A stretch of 64,000 bases of DNA from Paraphysomonas bandaiensis (GCA_965644295.1 CBFFRP010000276.1:87185-151184); one strand, 5' to 3'. Shown: positions 1-13,263, numbered from the stretch's first letter. Notes: generated by a model not told the origin, from the letters alone. Made by a program: numbers and translations.

Positions 1-1
1 A

Positions 2-385
2 ACTTCGGACAATTCGACTTCTGAAGCGTCAGAAGCAAAGTCAGAGGGAAAAAATGAAGTCAAAAAGAAACCAAGGAAGGTGAAGAAGAAGCGTGACCGA
101 ACTCCTGAAGAAGAGATGTATCATAAAGAAAAGCAAAAGTTGACGAAGGAAATGAAACAGAAAATAGCTGAAATCGAGGCTGACGTTGCTGAGCGGAAGC
201 AAGTTATTGATACCAAAGCAAGTGAGGAGAAGAGTGCGATTGATGATGATGCTACGATTAAAAAGAACGCAATCAAAGACGAGTATGCCTTAAAAATCAA
301 GGATGCCGAAGCACTGCTAGGCTTGCATGCTCCGGAGGTTAAAAACGTTGATAGTTCTACTGATTCTGGAAATAGCGAGCTATAA
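2..385 (+). CDS. 3' end of an unknown Lys/Glu-rich coiled-coil protein (gene starts before the window)
   Basis: Frame is open from nt 2 to TAA at 383-385; charged helical composition; no recognisable domain. Confidence 0.45.
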   Translation, partial: TSDNSTSEASEAKSEGKNEVKKKPRKVKKKRDRTPEEEMYHKEKQKLTKEMKQKIAEIEADVAERKQVIDTKASEEKSAIDDDATIKKNAIKDEYALKIKDAEALLGLHAPEVKNVDSSTDSGNSEL

Positions 386-559
386 ATTGTAGTGTACTTA
401 CCAGTTTATATGGAATCTCTCTGTACTAGCTGATGTGAAGTGCATTTTTCTAGTAATGCTAAAAGAGTCATGTCTTGTATTCTCTACTTTTAACATCAAG
501 TTTGTTACACTCAGTAATTTAATTACACCATCCCAATGTCAGTATCGGATAGTTCGTGG

Positions 560-1200
560 TGCAACGCCGTGAACATTGTTCAAAATGCAGATTTCGAGAG
601 AGCAGCAGTCAAAATTCAGCGTGGTATGGAAGAAGAACTGAACCGCGCTGAAAAAGCACAGGTGCGACGCTTTTTGATAAATGATGTACCTACACTCAAT
701 GAAGAGAAAGATGAGGAGGAGGAAGACGAGGCCATTTGTTTACCTAAAGACAACCGAAAGCGCTAAAAAGGCAACCGAATATCGTTGCCAAACTGCCAAC
801 ACGATATCGTTGCATGTTGCATGAATATTAGAATATGGATTATATTCTAGTATCTTCAGTATATATTGAGCTCGACACCCCTATACCCTGAGGTATTTGA
901 GATTTGGAGCAACACCCGTAAGAAATTAAATTGGAGACATATAGCCCTTTTTTGTCTTCGTTGGCATATATGCATCCAACCAGAACTGCGGTGGCAATCC
1001 TGACTGGATCAACATGGCTACAGTCCGGAACTTTCATCTCTGGAGAGTCCGTTGAGCTCTATGTATGACTTTAGGTACTGTCGAAGCTCATCACTGATCA
1101 ACTCCCCTGCTCTGTCCGCATGATAGTGCTTCATAATTGCAATTATTATTGTTGGACATCTGTCACCAATTAATTGCCAATTAATAGTTACGCAAGCCTG
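560..1200 (+). mobile_element. Degenerate hAT-like DNA transposon, 3' portion
   Basis: 580-780 (NADFERAAVKIQRG..LNRAEK) is homologous to 38180-38390 on the minus strand; 1134-1200 ends ...GTTACGCAAGCCTG, the reverse complement of the TIR at 37854. Confidence 0.7.
826..1133 (-). mobile_element. Decayed Copia fragment (LTR start plus integrase pieces) nested in the hAT remnant
   Basis: 826-868 resembles the LTR start TATTAGAATATGGAT of the Copia at 53243; minus strand encodes HYHADRAGELIS, MLIQSGLPPQFWLDAY, PTKTKKGYMSPI, PNLKYLRV*GCR, matching that integrase with stops and deletions. Confidence 0.8.
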
Positions 1201-1799
1201 ATGACCACAATACTTGTAACTATGGTACGAGTGTGAAACCGATTATAATTTAGTCAGCTTTTAATTGTCACCACCATGCGGATGAGAGGGACCCAGATGT
1301 GATCCCAAAAAAAGAAAATTGAGAGGGAATTAAGGAAGTGCATAGGGGTCCTAAGGGAGAATTCCTCTCCAAAAGGGATGAAGATAATTTTGTTCCTCTT
1401 ACTTTGCCACAATAGAAAACAATAATAAGTTGTACATATAAAATAACCCTCTCCTCATCCCGTTTTTGAACATCTGCTCTCATTAACATCTGTTTACCAT
1501 ATGCTCATCAGTATATACGTATATCCTATGTTTTAAATGTCTTCTATAAACACAATACATCAATAATCAGAAGCTGGGCTTACTTCCTCTATCTGAACCC
1601 GCTCTTACTACGGTTGGTTTCACCTGCAGCACCGCAGAATTTCAGTAAAGTAAATCGAACAACATCAACCACTGAAGGCATTTTGTGTCACATATATTTT
1701 TCGCTTAAAGTACACACCTTGGAAACGACTAAAATAACTTTTTCTAAACTATTCTCAACCTGAACCCCTTGATAAGCTAAGAATCATTCATTTCTACAT

Positions 1800-4700
1800 T
1801 CATAGGTATAAAAACGACATTTTTTCACCAGCAAAGAATGACTTCCCTGAAAAAATACTTCGAGCTTCGAGCGCAGTGACAATTTCTCTAAACACCCAGT
1901 ACTCAACTGGAACTCTTTTTCGGGATGAAGGTAACGTCGACTTCTGGGAGACAACACAGAATGAAACTTTAATTGCATCTCTTATGTTGCCAACAGGTGC
2001 TGTACTTTCAGATACTAGTATAGCACTATCATGCTGAGGAAGATACACGCCATACCCAGATCGGAAAGAGGAAGACACTGATGCGTCGGTGTGAGTACTT
2101 CTGCGCGTAATCATTCTAATACATAGAGTCTCCCTGTGTAATGAAAAATTATTGGATATATTCCACCAGATGTACATCAAGGACAGCGGAACGGTGATAA
2201 AAAGAGCAAAACAACTAACAAACCACAATAATGATGAGACTAGACTCAATAATCAGTGTGAGGCAATTTGAACAAACAAGCAGCTACCTGTTTGATCCCT
2301 GCCAATCAGGGACAACTAGTTCAAAAGCAGACGTATCAAAACGTTCAACAATAGATACTAGAGCGTTAGCAATAACCTGGCGTCTCTCCGTTAAAATGTG
2401 AATGCTTGAACGCACTATTTTCTAAACTATGTCCAGATACATTTGCATAACATCAGTAACAGACATAACTACTTAAAATATCTAATATATGCACCCTCAA
2501 CAGTAAAAAAATCGTACCTGCTCAGCTGCAGTACACGTAGGAAGCAAGTCCCAAAGAGAGTGACCTTGTTCAGATGAGTTTTTACAACCTATGTAATTGA
2601 CAGCATACTTCAGGAAACGAACGTCCTGTAAATCAGAAAGAGAAAATGTGCCAGTTCCGTCATGTGAATCAGAAGCATCATTTGTACTTCCCATCGTATT
2701 ATCTGCCCGAAGTTGACCATCACCGAGAGTAGAACGACATCTTGCGCATAAAATTAAGCATGTGCTGCTGTCCACAAAATTAGGGTGTATCGAATTTTCC
2801 TCAGACAATACGCCGATTTTATGACTATCTACAGCGCGAGCAACATTCTCTACGATGAATCCACTTCCAGTTATCACATCTAAAACAGAATTCTGAGTTT
2901 TGCAGATGCATTTAATCGGACAATTAAGGCTATCAGTCGAAGTAGTCGCTATTGCAGCTATATCTTGAGGTGATGCGGTCATAAATACATTTCCAACGTA
3001 GACACTCCCGCGGGGTGTGATGAGGTCTGCTACTGACATCGGCATCGCTGGTTGAGATTCGCTGCAGACAAACTCGTGCATCATCTAATCTCCAAGAAAA
3101 ATAAATTACAAAGAAGTAAAACGAGAATATCGTAACGACAGTTACTCACGTGATCAAATAAACCTGATGGCAATGCCTTAACTGTTTGTATTACTCCGGG
3201 GTCGACTATAGTATTGCAACAGAAGCTACATGCAATGGCTCCACTATCAGTGTGGGCCCTACATGCCTAGCATAGCACAATTCATAAATAAAACGATAGG
3301 GTGCACATAAATCACGTACAAAATGTGAATGTGAATAGCCTGTTACAATAACACATACCTCGTCAGATGACTTCGAGTTGGCTACTGTTTCTCCGTCAGT
3401 CTTGGTATAAGGAATTCGTAAAACTATGCAACCATCGGTGATTACCCCATACGCACTGTCGAGATGTAGAGACAATCCGCTACTCACAGTGATTGGTATG
3501 CAACTATAACTAAGGACTGACACAGACTCTGATTTGTTTTGTCTATTAGAAATGTAGACGTCGGATTCAACCGTCACAACGACTACACTGCCATTGTGGT
3601 GCTTTGAAAACCAACTACATATGTTGTTCATACCACTTTGCGCCCGCTTGTCTTTTTCTTGGATCGTTACAACTAAAACATTGATGTTCCTCATATCTTC
3701 AACAAAGTAAGATAAATTGTCATGCTGCTTTGGTATCACACAATTAACCCCGTTCTGAGTCTCCTCTACTTGACATATACCACCACGGCCATGGTTGCCG
3801 CGGCAAAAAATAGATTTCTCGCGAGAACTATTCTGCAAAAGAAACGGAATCGAAATCGATGAAGATTGAGCAAGTAAATCGTAAGATCGGGATACAACGA
3901 TATTATTTGATTGAGTGGGCTCGCCAGTATCATCAATTTCACTTATAGCTGATGTAATTTGACTGCCATTCGCATAAGAGATGCAAGTTCGCTTGTAAAA
4001 TAATCGGAATACTCCCCCATAAGGTGGCAATTTGATTTTCACACGGCCACGGTAAATACATTTTTCACCTTTATTCCTTTCCTCTTTAGGCTCATTAGTA
4101 TACTCGAAAAATTCACCATCTATAGAGTCGGATGCTATGTTGTTGGAGGCCTCCGCGCCACCAGAAGCAGCTTCATTATGGCGCGTATCGAGTACAATAA
4201 AATCATCCTCATCCCAGTCCCCATCTACAAGAATACATTAGTCACACACAGCGTGATGTATTCAATTCACTTATTACTAGACATCAGTCATTGCTATCCT
4301 ACATCCTAGGCTAAGATTATAACTACATACATCACTTTACCTGTAAGTGTGTACTCAACATTTATGTAACCATTCGGCTCAATAGTACTTCCCTCCTCTA
4401 TCACCTGAAGAGTGACCTACCAACCAACAATCACAAAGTAATTCATATCAAGCATACATGCTATGTGTCCTTACAATAGGCGTTCTCAATGATGGAGGCT
4501 GATATAACTCAGTTGCGGTCCCCTTGGGAGCACGTATATTTGAATCCCCATCATAGTTCACACTTTTCCCTGCTATATAGTAAATAAATAACATTGAATA
4601 AGAGAAAAGAGTTTATATAATAGTAGGCGCACACAAGACACCTAATATAAACCAACATGCACAACATTAAGGCTGGGACACTTACCAGTAGAATACGTTT

Positions 4701-6660
4701 TCTCGTCAAAATCTTCGGGCCTAAGGTGTGACATCTGCTGCCAGCCCCGATCCAGCTCGGATGACAACTCCTGGGCCCTCTTCTCCGCAGCATCAAGATC
4801 TGTTTTGATACTAGATTGATGCTTACGTTGAGTCTCCACCTAATTCACAAAGTCATATACAATCATGCATATAAATCCAATTGTTTGCAATATCACTGGA
4901 TGTGACACTGTGATTGCAATAGCAAATACGTGCTGATACTATGACACCACATCATTACTAACCTTAGATTTAGCCTCCTCTAGCTGCTGTACTGCGCTCT
5001 GGGCCTCCTCAATTAGACGAGCAATTTCATCTTTTGTTGCATTTGCAGCACCTAAATTCAATGACATTGGGTTACGCCGTAGGTAAATACGTAACTTCCT
5101 ATCGTAAGATGTGTCGCGTAGCCGTAATTTCGACTTTCGAACTGATTTCTATAATAACTCTAACATTATTCACGACATTGCTGCTGTTGGGAATATAATA
5201 AATCAATTCATGCGTACCTAGTTTTCCTTTTATGAGAGTAAAGTAGTAAACGCTTCCTCCTTCAGATGTTGTTATAGGTCTGCACTTATAGGGTTTGCTC
5301 TGACCCTTCGGAACATAGGCATATTTGAATAGACACTCCGCGATAACCTCAAACACAGACTGTGGCATGGTAGTAATAATGATAAATACTCCGAATTCTT
5401 GTAATACACCCCATGTGGACTCCAGATACAGTGCGGCCGACTTTGGCCCAGACATGGAATCACCAGGGTCAGTTGCACTGGCGATAGCATCTAGTGTACC
5501 TTTGTCGATAACGGCCATACAAGATCGACTCATACTTGCTGGCATGTGCCTTCCATCAGCCTGTAGTATACTTTACGGTGATGGACTAAAGTGCAGTTCA
5601 GAGCAAAGGAGTGATTTACGTGACACTACTGCATACGTCATGTCTGTTCACGCATACACAGACGACTACATAAAATGGTCACATCAATAGATTTTCTACC
5701 ACACTACTACATTGTCAACTATATGTTATTCTATACATCCTATTATAACAGTTATACCTGTATATAACGTAATGTTTTCATATCATTTCGTGTTCTTCTT
5801 TGTTCCATATTATTAATTACTGCTGCAGAATAATCAGATCCACATATATGTCTAAACCCTGTATACAGTGTTAGCTGATAGATAGTCGTCTTATATAATA
5901 ATATATATACCAGCTTTCCATAAATCTTCACATAATGATGAATTTCCACATCCGGATACAAGTATTTCTCCAATCATTTCATTTGATGGTAAGTTATTTC
6001 CCAAACGTTCCATACATTCTTGTAAATCATATACTAATATCTCTTGAATATCTTCAAAATTAAGATACCATTCATATATCTTTTCTTCATTTTCTTTTTC
6101 ATAACGTTGATCCCAGTATTGTGTATTACCATATTGATCATTTGATTGTTTGTTTCTATATATATATATATATATATATAATCAAATTAATAGTATTATA
6201 AAATAATATAAACTGAAAATATTACATTGTTGAAGATTTCACTTGTTGTTTCGCATAGAATACTTCTGTTGCAGCTTTAGTTTGTTCTTCTTTTAATTTT
6301 TCTATTACAGCTGTTGCACTCTATATATATATATATATTACTTCATGTTAACTTCATGTCACTTCATATAACTTCATAAACACTTCATGTTAACTTCATA
6401 TAACTTCATGTCACTTCATTACACACTTCATGTTAACTTCATGTCACTTCATTACACTTCATAAACACTTCATAACACATCAATTATATAGAAGTTTGAA
6501 TATAATACAACTGTATTCTATACAATACATTATTTACCTTAACAGCTTTAAATGCTTCTGCAAGGGACATAGAGCTAATATTAGATTGTAATTCTTGTAA
6601 ATGCTTTGTAGCACTATCTGAAGTAGTAGAATTCTTCGATTTCTTGCTTTTCTTTCCCAT
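1800..6660 (-). CDS. Multi-exon fusion protein: EEF1AKMT4/METTL13-like SAM methyltransferase + coiled coil + SKICH-like domain + UBE3D/Ipa1-like (HECT_2) domain
   Basis: Manual GT-AG splicing keeps one frame over ~14 exons (approx 6660-6538, 6320-6227, 6155-5911, 5859-5758, 5562-5218, 5052-4963, 4839-4686, 4570-4474, 4416-4341, 4224-3359, 3266-3150, 3084-2518, 2377-2289, 2133-1800). Motifs: YGNTQYWDQRY, YEWY, ILVSGCGNS, IDKGTLDA; then CSFC..LPSGLFDHMMHEFVC and CARCRSTLG. Confidence 0.7.
6339..6478. repeat. Intronic 10-11 bp minisatellite (ACTTCATGTTA / ACTTCATGTC / ACTTCATATA)
   Basis: More than ten tandem ACTTCAT-core units inside intron 1 of the methyltransferase gene. Confidence 0.85.
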
Positions 6661-7292
6661 TTATGAATAATAATATAATAAACTTTAATCAAATTGAGTG
6701 TTATCAAATGATATATTGACTTAGATACAGATTCAGTGGTGATCTCTGGATTTAATATTATGCAATCAGTGAATATGCATATATATATGCCTCAACACTG
6801 CAGGCAAGTGGTTCAAAATATATTCCACCGTATGATGAGAGGATTTTACATAAAAATGGGGTTTTCTACATTTTCCAGAGTTTTTTGAGATTTTTCACGT
6901 TTCGACATCATAAAAGTTCCACATATCTATCAGAGATTACCATCATATGATTGTATACGTATGGCACCCCCAGATTGAAGATTCATTAGCGAATAATATC
7001 TATCTAACTATAATTGATTGGCCTAAAATGATTTACTCAATGGGACAGTGGTCTCTCATACGGTACATCACACATATATATATATATATGCATGAACAAG
7101 CAAACTATCAGAATAACTTGCTATAGCAATGACATCATTGCAATGATAACATCCACTTCACAATAATTCAATTCATTATATTCAATATTTATTACTAATA
7201 TACAGTTCTAATTCGTTACTAATTGTCTTTAAAGATACTCGTATGTACTACTATATAAGTATCTAACTAAACACTGGAATAAAATCATATAT

Positions 7293-9044
7293 ATGCGAAA
7301 AGATTTATTATTATTTTGTGCAGGTGGTTGTGAAGATATTGTATATAAACAAGTAATTGATATATTAAAACCTATTGATTCAAGTGTATATATATCTCGT
7401 GATCTACAAAGTAGACATGATTATGGTGAGATTGTTATCAATGGACACCGTATATATAAAGGTGCTGGAGGTATTGGACGACTAAGGCTAACGACTACTG
7501 CCAGTCCCATAGATATATTTAGAATACCAACTGTTCAAGCGGTTTTGGTACATATTGTTTCTTCTTATCAAGTGGAACAGTCAAAGGTATCAACACTGGA
7601 GCGAATATCACAACTACTAAAATTCGCGAATTGGACTTATATACTACAGTGCTATAGTACAATGGCACAAGTTCAGGAGTTAAGTGAACGTAATAGCAGT
7701 CCGAAAGTTAGATTTGCGGTACGATGTCTACGCGAAGGCTCGCATGAGTTTAATGATCTTGATTTATCACTCCATATTGTCGAATGCCTTGAATCCATTC
7801 ATCCTACATGGGAACTTTGTACGAAGGCTCCTAATTATGAAATAGTATGCGTCATTTTAAACGAAGTTGTTTGCTTTGGCATAAATGTGATTCCAAGTCA
7901 ATCTGTGGCAACAAATGTTTTGCGAAAGGAGAGCGATTTTACACCAAATAGCCCAGTCAGGGTAGATCAACTCAGACCATCGACTTCAGCATTATTGATG
8001 TCGCTCTGCGAATTAGAGGTGTGTACAGTTATTTTTATTAATCCTTAAATTTCATACAAAAGATTTTTGTGTGCTTGCAATATTTTTTTGTGACTACTAC
8101 CGAGCACTATTTTCACTGTTATATATTGAAAACTAATCGCATTGTTTTCCCTGTGAGTATATATGGCATTAATACGTATACAGATTGGAGATGTTGTGGT
8201 GGACCTTATGACTGGCTCGGGGGATACAATACTCAGTGCCTGCGGATCGTGTGAACATCAAAGGCCAGCCCCAGGCATAGTGACAGTTGGGGGCAGCAGT
8301 GGCCCTCCAGAATGTGGGGCTAAAATTCGCAACATTCTGGATGTAAGGGCACTTTTCCGTCCACGTCGTTGCTACAGTATAATGTATCATACATTTAGAT
8401 ATTTGTATTGTACAGGTATTATTTATATATCTAATGTATAATAGGGGGTGTTGTGGAGCGCCAGAAACCTGCCCATTCGGGATGCATCTGTCAATGCTGT
8501 TATTGTTGACATTCCATTCGGGGCGACACCGAAATTGCTTCCAAGACATCACCGTGCAAGAATTCCACAGGTCGCTATGTAGTTCACCCTGCGTTTGTAT
8601 TTTTTGGTATATCACTATTATTGATATTGCATTTGCGAAGTCATAAGGGCTGTATTGGACATTCTATAGCGACACTGTAATAGAACACACCACCGATATA
8701 TTTACAGTTTCTTCGCTTTCATTCTCTAATACGTGTGCATGCAGATAGTGGAAGAAGTGGCCCGCATTCTAGTTCCTTGTCACGGCTATGTATTGTTCTT
8801 GGTACAGTCTGCGCAGCATCTAATCGCATGTATAGACTCACATTACTTCTTTCTTTCTACATGGCGAGGTTTGAATATTGAGGGCATTGTGTACTCTACT
8901 GTGATTGCTAAACGCACGTGCAAAGCATTCAGTGCATCACGTGTCAGTCGTAGTAGTCCACTAAGCATCGATGATGAAGCTGATAGTCCCGCTCATAAGA
9001 AGCGAAAATTTAATTATGTTGAAGTGAAGGATACGAAAGACTAG
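7293..9044 (+). CDS. THUMP-domain RNA methyltransferase (THUMPD2/3-like), spliced
   Basis: FAVRCLREG THUMP-like segment, LRPSTSALLM, IGDVVVDLMTGSG (SAM motif I), VNAVIVDIPFG (~8490-8525), EEVARILVP; GT-AG introns join the ORF pieces. Confidence 0.75.
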
Positions 9045-9539
9045 AACCTAATAGGCTGCTAGTATGATACCTAGGTACAATTGCAGCACTACTCCAGTGA
9101 GTCGAGTTGTCATGATAATGAACTTATGATATAAGTGGACACTAAAATTGTGGTACAGTTTAGCTGATTGTTCCATTATTCAAGTCGGAATGAAAAATTA
9201 TGGCGTAGCTCATCTTGTCAATATATGTCGTAGTAACTAAAATTCATTTTGGCGACGAATGAGTGTACATTTTAATATGTCCGAAAAAGGACTAGTGTAT
9301 GAAATAGGGATGTGTGCCGCATTACTAGAAAATGTGCCATTAATTTATTATTTTAGCTGTGATTATATTTGGTTGTATTACACACTGAGTACAGCTTAAT
9401 AATGGCGCTCTGACCTAGAGATATTGTCCCTCAACATAGTCGGACTCGCACCTTTTCGTGATATTCTGGGGGATAAGTGATAAGTACCGGAAATATTTCT
9501 CCTGGAAACTAACATGGGCCGCATATATAGTCAGCAGAT

Positions 9540-9604
9540 GCATTCAACTAACCACTACATTGGTGCAGGTTTTTAACGCCTAATGCTAAATAATAAGACT
9601 TTCA
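9540..9604 (+). mobile_element. 65-bp extreme 3' fragment of LINE family B with a 17-bp TSD
   Basis: Matches the 3' ends at 24640-24704 and 29238-29302; flanked by perfect ATATATAGTCAGCAGAT at 9523-9539 and 9605-9621. Confidence 0.85.
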
Positions 9605-10243
9605 ATATATAGTCAGCAGATAATTTTCTTCCCACTCATAGCCAAATGCTTGTGTGGTATTCTTGTGTTGTATAAGGTATAAGGGACACTAATATAAGTG
9701 TCATTTGTGATTTGCGTATATAGATGTCTTTGGTCCCTGACGAATTAGCATACATTCGGCATTGGGCTCACCTTAAGGGCATCCGGAGTATTGGGCCGCC
9801 GGCTGAAGCAAGGAAGTCCAAAGCATCCGGGCTGTTCACCTTAAATTATAAAGACTCAAATATCCTGAAGTTAGGAATTTACTACTAATCTGTTCGTGAA
9901 CGCATCGTTTGTATTTTCGTATTATGCACATTAGAGCTGTCAAGTTTCTACATTATAGTGCGTACTACAATGAGAAATTTTTCACTTATTTGCCAATACA
10001 ACGGAATAAAGTTATAATGCATTCCGACAATCGCGTACAAAAGCAAGCAAGTAAGATTCAGCGCGTTAAGTTTATCAATAGTATTTCAAATTAAATACGT
10101 ACGACGCAGCTCCACGGAAAACTACACATCTAGGTTTATCACATGCGTGAAAAAAATTAACCGCGAGCCTACACCGGCAGCATAAAATACCATGATACTA
10201 CATAAGTACAACAAATAAAGAACTAGATAGAAACCGATATATC

Positions 10244-11699
10244 TCAGAAATCGTCCCCTTCCAGTTCTCCACTATGCCTTCGACTAAACGACACATTTCG
10301 AATCAACTCTACCGCAGCTGCTGGCCCATTCCCACGACGTGAATGTGTCCCCTTCCACCAACTACAACAACAGGAATAATCATGCTTCATCGTTGGATGG
10401 CGTCTGTTCACATGAATCGTGCCAAGTAAGGGGTAAATAATCTTTCTATGTTCTAATGGAGCCCAACCGTCGCGGGTTTTCGACAACGGCAAAGGACTCA
10501 TAAAACCCCTAGATTTCGCTACATCATGCATTTCTTTCAGGACCACAGACCAGCCACATACGACAAATAAAACTACGGCTACCAGCCACAAAATCTGACT
10601 ATGTTGTGCGGAATGCCGGAGTGTGTTTAACTCCGTGTCACCCCACTCAGAAGTAATCGATAGATACTCAGCAGCGCCTGCGCACACTATTGACGACACA
10701 TACCCCAGAAGCATACCCCACTGCATTACTGATAATTTACAGTGACCATTAACGTGCAAAAATGCGGCATACAGGAGTTGTAGAAGCAAAATAGTTTCGA
10801 CTATAACAATTGGTGGCAGGATGATAGCCCAGTGTAAAGATGGACGGTTTCGAAGCTTGATGGCAACAAGAAACTACAAATACATAGAAAATATCAGCAC
10901 AGATATATTACGCATACGGCTAGATGCATACGAACGCGCTATGTGACAGAACCCATGTATACGAGTATGTATTAATGCTGTACCACTTACCACTTCCAAT
11001 AGCATCATAAGCACAATAAAGCAAGTCATTACGGAGACTGTCTTGATAAGAAAGAGATATGCCACCAAAAGTACTGCCAAAAAAACAATAGGAATAACTG
11101 CATTCCACATGCCAATCTGATCCTCAACTATCCATAAATACAAAAGTACCTGCTGATACCATTAATACAAGGACGAAAACAGACAACAGTCATAGATAAG
11201 TGGATACCACTCTCTATTATGAACAATATAAACCCACCTGTGATATACATATTAATATCAATCCTATTGCGGTTACTGTGCCATAAAACAAGAAATATCG
11301 CAGCAGCGGCAATGACTCATAGTCAATATAGCTACGTGGATTATGCACACCCTCTAATTGCAGAAAATGTCTTTGCTCTTTAGTAACTAAAGTTGATGCT
11401 GAACAAACTTGTTTTGTAGTAAATATCATAGAAATTAATCCATATATACTACCAATCCACATTGGAGAAAATAATAAGACTGTTGATTGAATAATAGTAC
11501 CATGTGATATAATATGCACCATGACTAATAGAAAACTGAATAGCCATAATATAATCGTCCATGTAAAATGAAATAATAAATTTTTTGTTCCTGTAATTAC
11601 AGCATCATCATCATTATTATATAATATATTATTATCATGATTAGATTGTGATATTAATTTAGATGTTTCATTATATTGTGAATGATGTGATGATCTCAT
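10244..11699 (-). CDS. TMEM185/TMEM60-like multi-pass membrane protein (about 3 exons)
   Basis: Hydrophobic ORFs 11217-11699, 10874-11143 and 10244-10789 joinable by GT-AG introns; repeated W..(V/I)..P helices (FSPMWI, WNAVIP, WAIILPP). Confidence 0.55.
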
Positions 11700-11835
11700 T
11701 GTGTGTTTGTTTATAATAAATGAGAGAATGAAACTCTCTTTTGTTTATATTGAATATGATTCTATAAGATCTAATTCAATAATATTGGAGTGATAGGAAT
11801 ATCTTCTTATGAGTTGATTGTTTAATGATGGGATT

Positions 11836-11921
11836 GTGTATATATATATGTATGTATATATATATGTATGTATATATATATGTATGTATATATATATATA
11901 TGTATGTATATGTGTGTGTGT
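11836..11921. repeat. (TA/TG)n microsatellite upstream of the TMEM185-like gene
   Basis: Visible alternating TA/TG tract. Confidence 0.85.
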
Positions 11922-12983
11922 TCATTACTATTCAATCTATGTGTTTTTTTTATATAGAAGAGATGCATGTATGGATGCTTCTATCTTCTATCTTCCTGTC
12001 ATATGGTATGTCCTTCTATACAGCATTCGTCCATACCTTCTGCTGTATAATCTGCTGTATATACAATAGCAAGATGCCATATTCCACATATGCATACACA
12101 TACTTTGGTAGACGTATACCGCCCGTATAGCTACACTCTACTTCGTCCACTCTACATTCGCTTATTATGGTGGACGGTGTACTATAGACGTACGTATAGT
12201 GAGAGGTACTACTGTACACAGTATGACCCTGTTTGTCTCAATTGTCGTCCAATTACCTCCGACTGCCTGTCAGTCGAGTTCCTCGAATAGTATGATGATG
12301 TTCTGTGTGTTTATAGACATATTCTAAGATAACACTCATCAATGACACCATCTTAATTCCTATATGTTTGTTTTATCTGATTCATTGTGATAACAACAGA
12401 TTCTTATCTTATAAATGTATCAAAGACAATAAGTTTGGAGACTTAAAATTCAATATCTGCAAAGAAATAGTTAATACACTGTCGTTTTCAGTGATCGTTG
12501 CAGTGTAGAGCGACTTGAGCATGTAATCGAAAGCAGATTGCCCTTTATGTTGTTCGTAAAGCTAACTTCCTGCGATTATACTAAACTTCGAACATGCATC
12601 ATGTCAGTATAGGGACCTGATCCTTACATTGTCTAATTTGTAACACATGGATTACTGGTAGTGTCCTGACTTTGCTGGACACCATTTTTGCACGCAACGC
12701 AGCCGGTAGATGACCATAGGTGTCAAAATATATCAAGAAGCTCGTTGTCCCGGAAAGACTGGGACGATAGAAAAAGTATCAATGATCCTTTTATTTTTCA
12801 CACAAAATATTTGAGACAGTACTCAGACAAGTCGGAGCTTAGTATGTAATGCACAATTTATATACGGGAGTAGCCTCCGAAAAGTGCTAGTGGACTGAAG
12901 TAAAACTTATCAATAGAGAACACAGGAGTTCAAGGACTACCTCAATTCAAGAAGTTAAAAAGCATCCAATCATTCAAAACATC

Positions 12984-13263
12984 GGGATTTATTATTCAAC
13001 CTAGTCAATTTGGTGTAATTTCCTAGTCACACCATAATTGTTGTAAAAACCTAGTCAAGTAGTTGAAAAATCTAGTAATTTAATTATTTATATTTTTTTA
13101 GTTTACAATGACTAGATTGACTAGGTGTTTTAGGGTATTCACCTAGTAGTCAAAAATAGTAATTGATTAGGTTGAATCATTTATTACTTTGACTAGGTAT
13201 TTACACCAAAAATAGTGTGACTAGGAAATTACATCAATTTGACTAGGTTGAATAATATTTCCC
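12984..13263. mobile_element. Mutator-like MITE (~280 bp)
   Basis: Long TIRs GGGA(TT/AA)TATTATTCAACCTAGTCAA; 9-bp TSD CAAAACATC/AAAAACATC (1 mismatch); internal CCTAGTCA repeats; an isolated TIR end also occurs at 23829-23860. Confidence 0.75.

Noticed and set aside
9730-9845. CTGACGA plus a GC-rich 60-bp segment between two TCACCTTAA copies, a possible hammerhead ribozyme or small insertion
   Set aside because: No stem II followed by GAAA could be built; single copy, insufficient support
11818-12290. Short ORFs upstream of the TMEM185-like gene
   Set aside because: Derived from TA/TG-rich low-complexity upstream sequence
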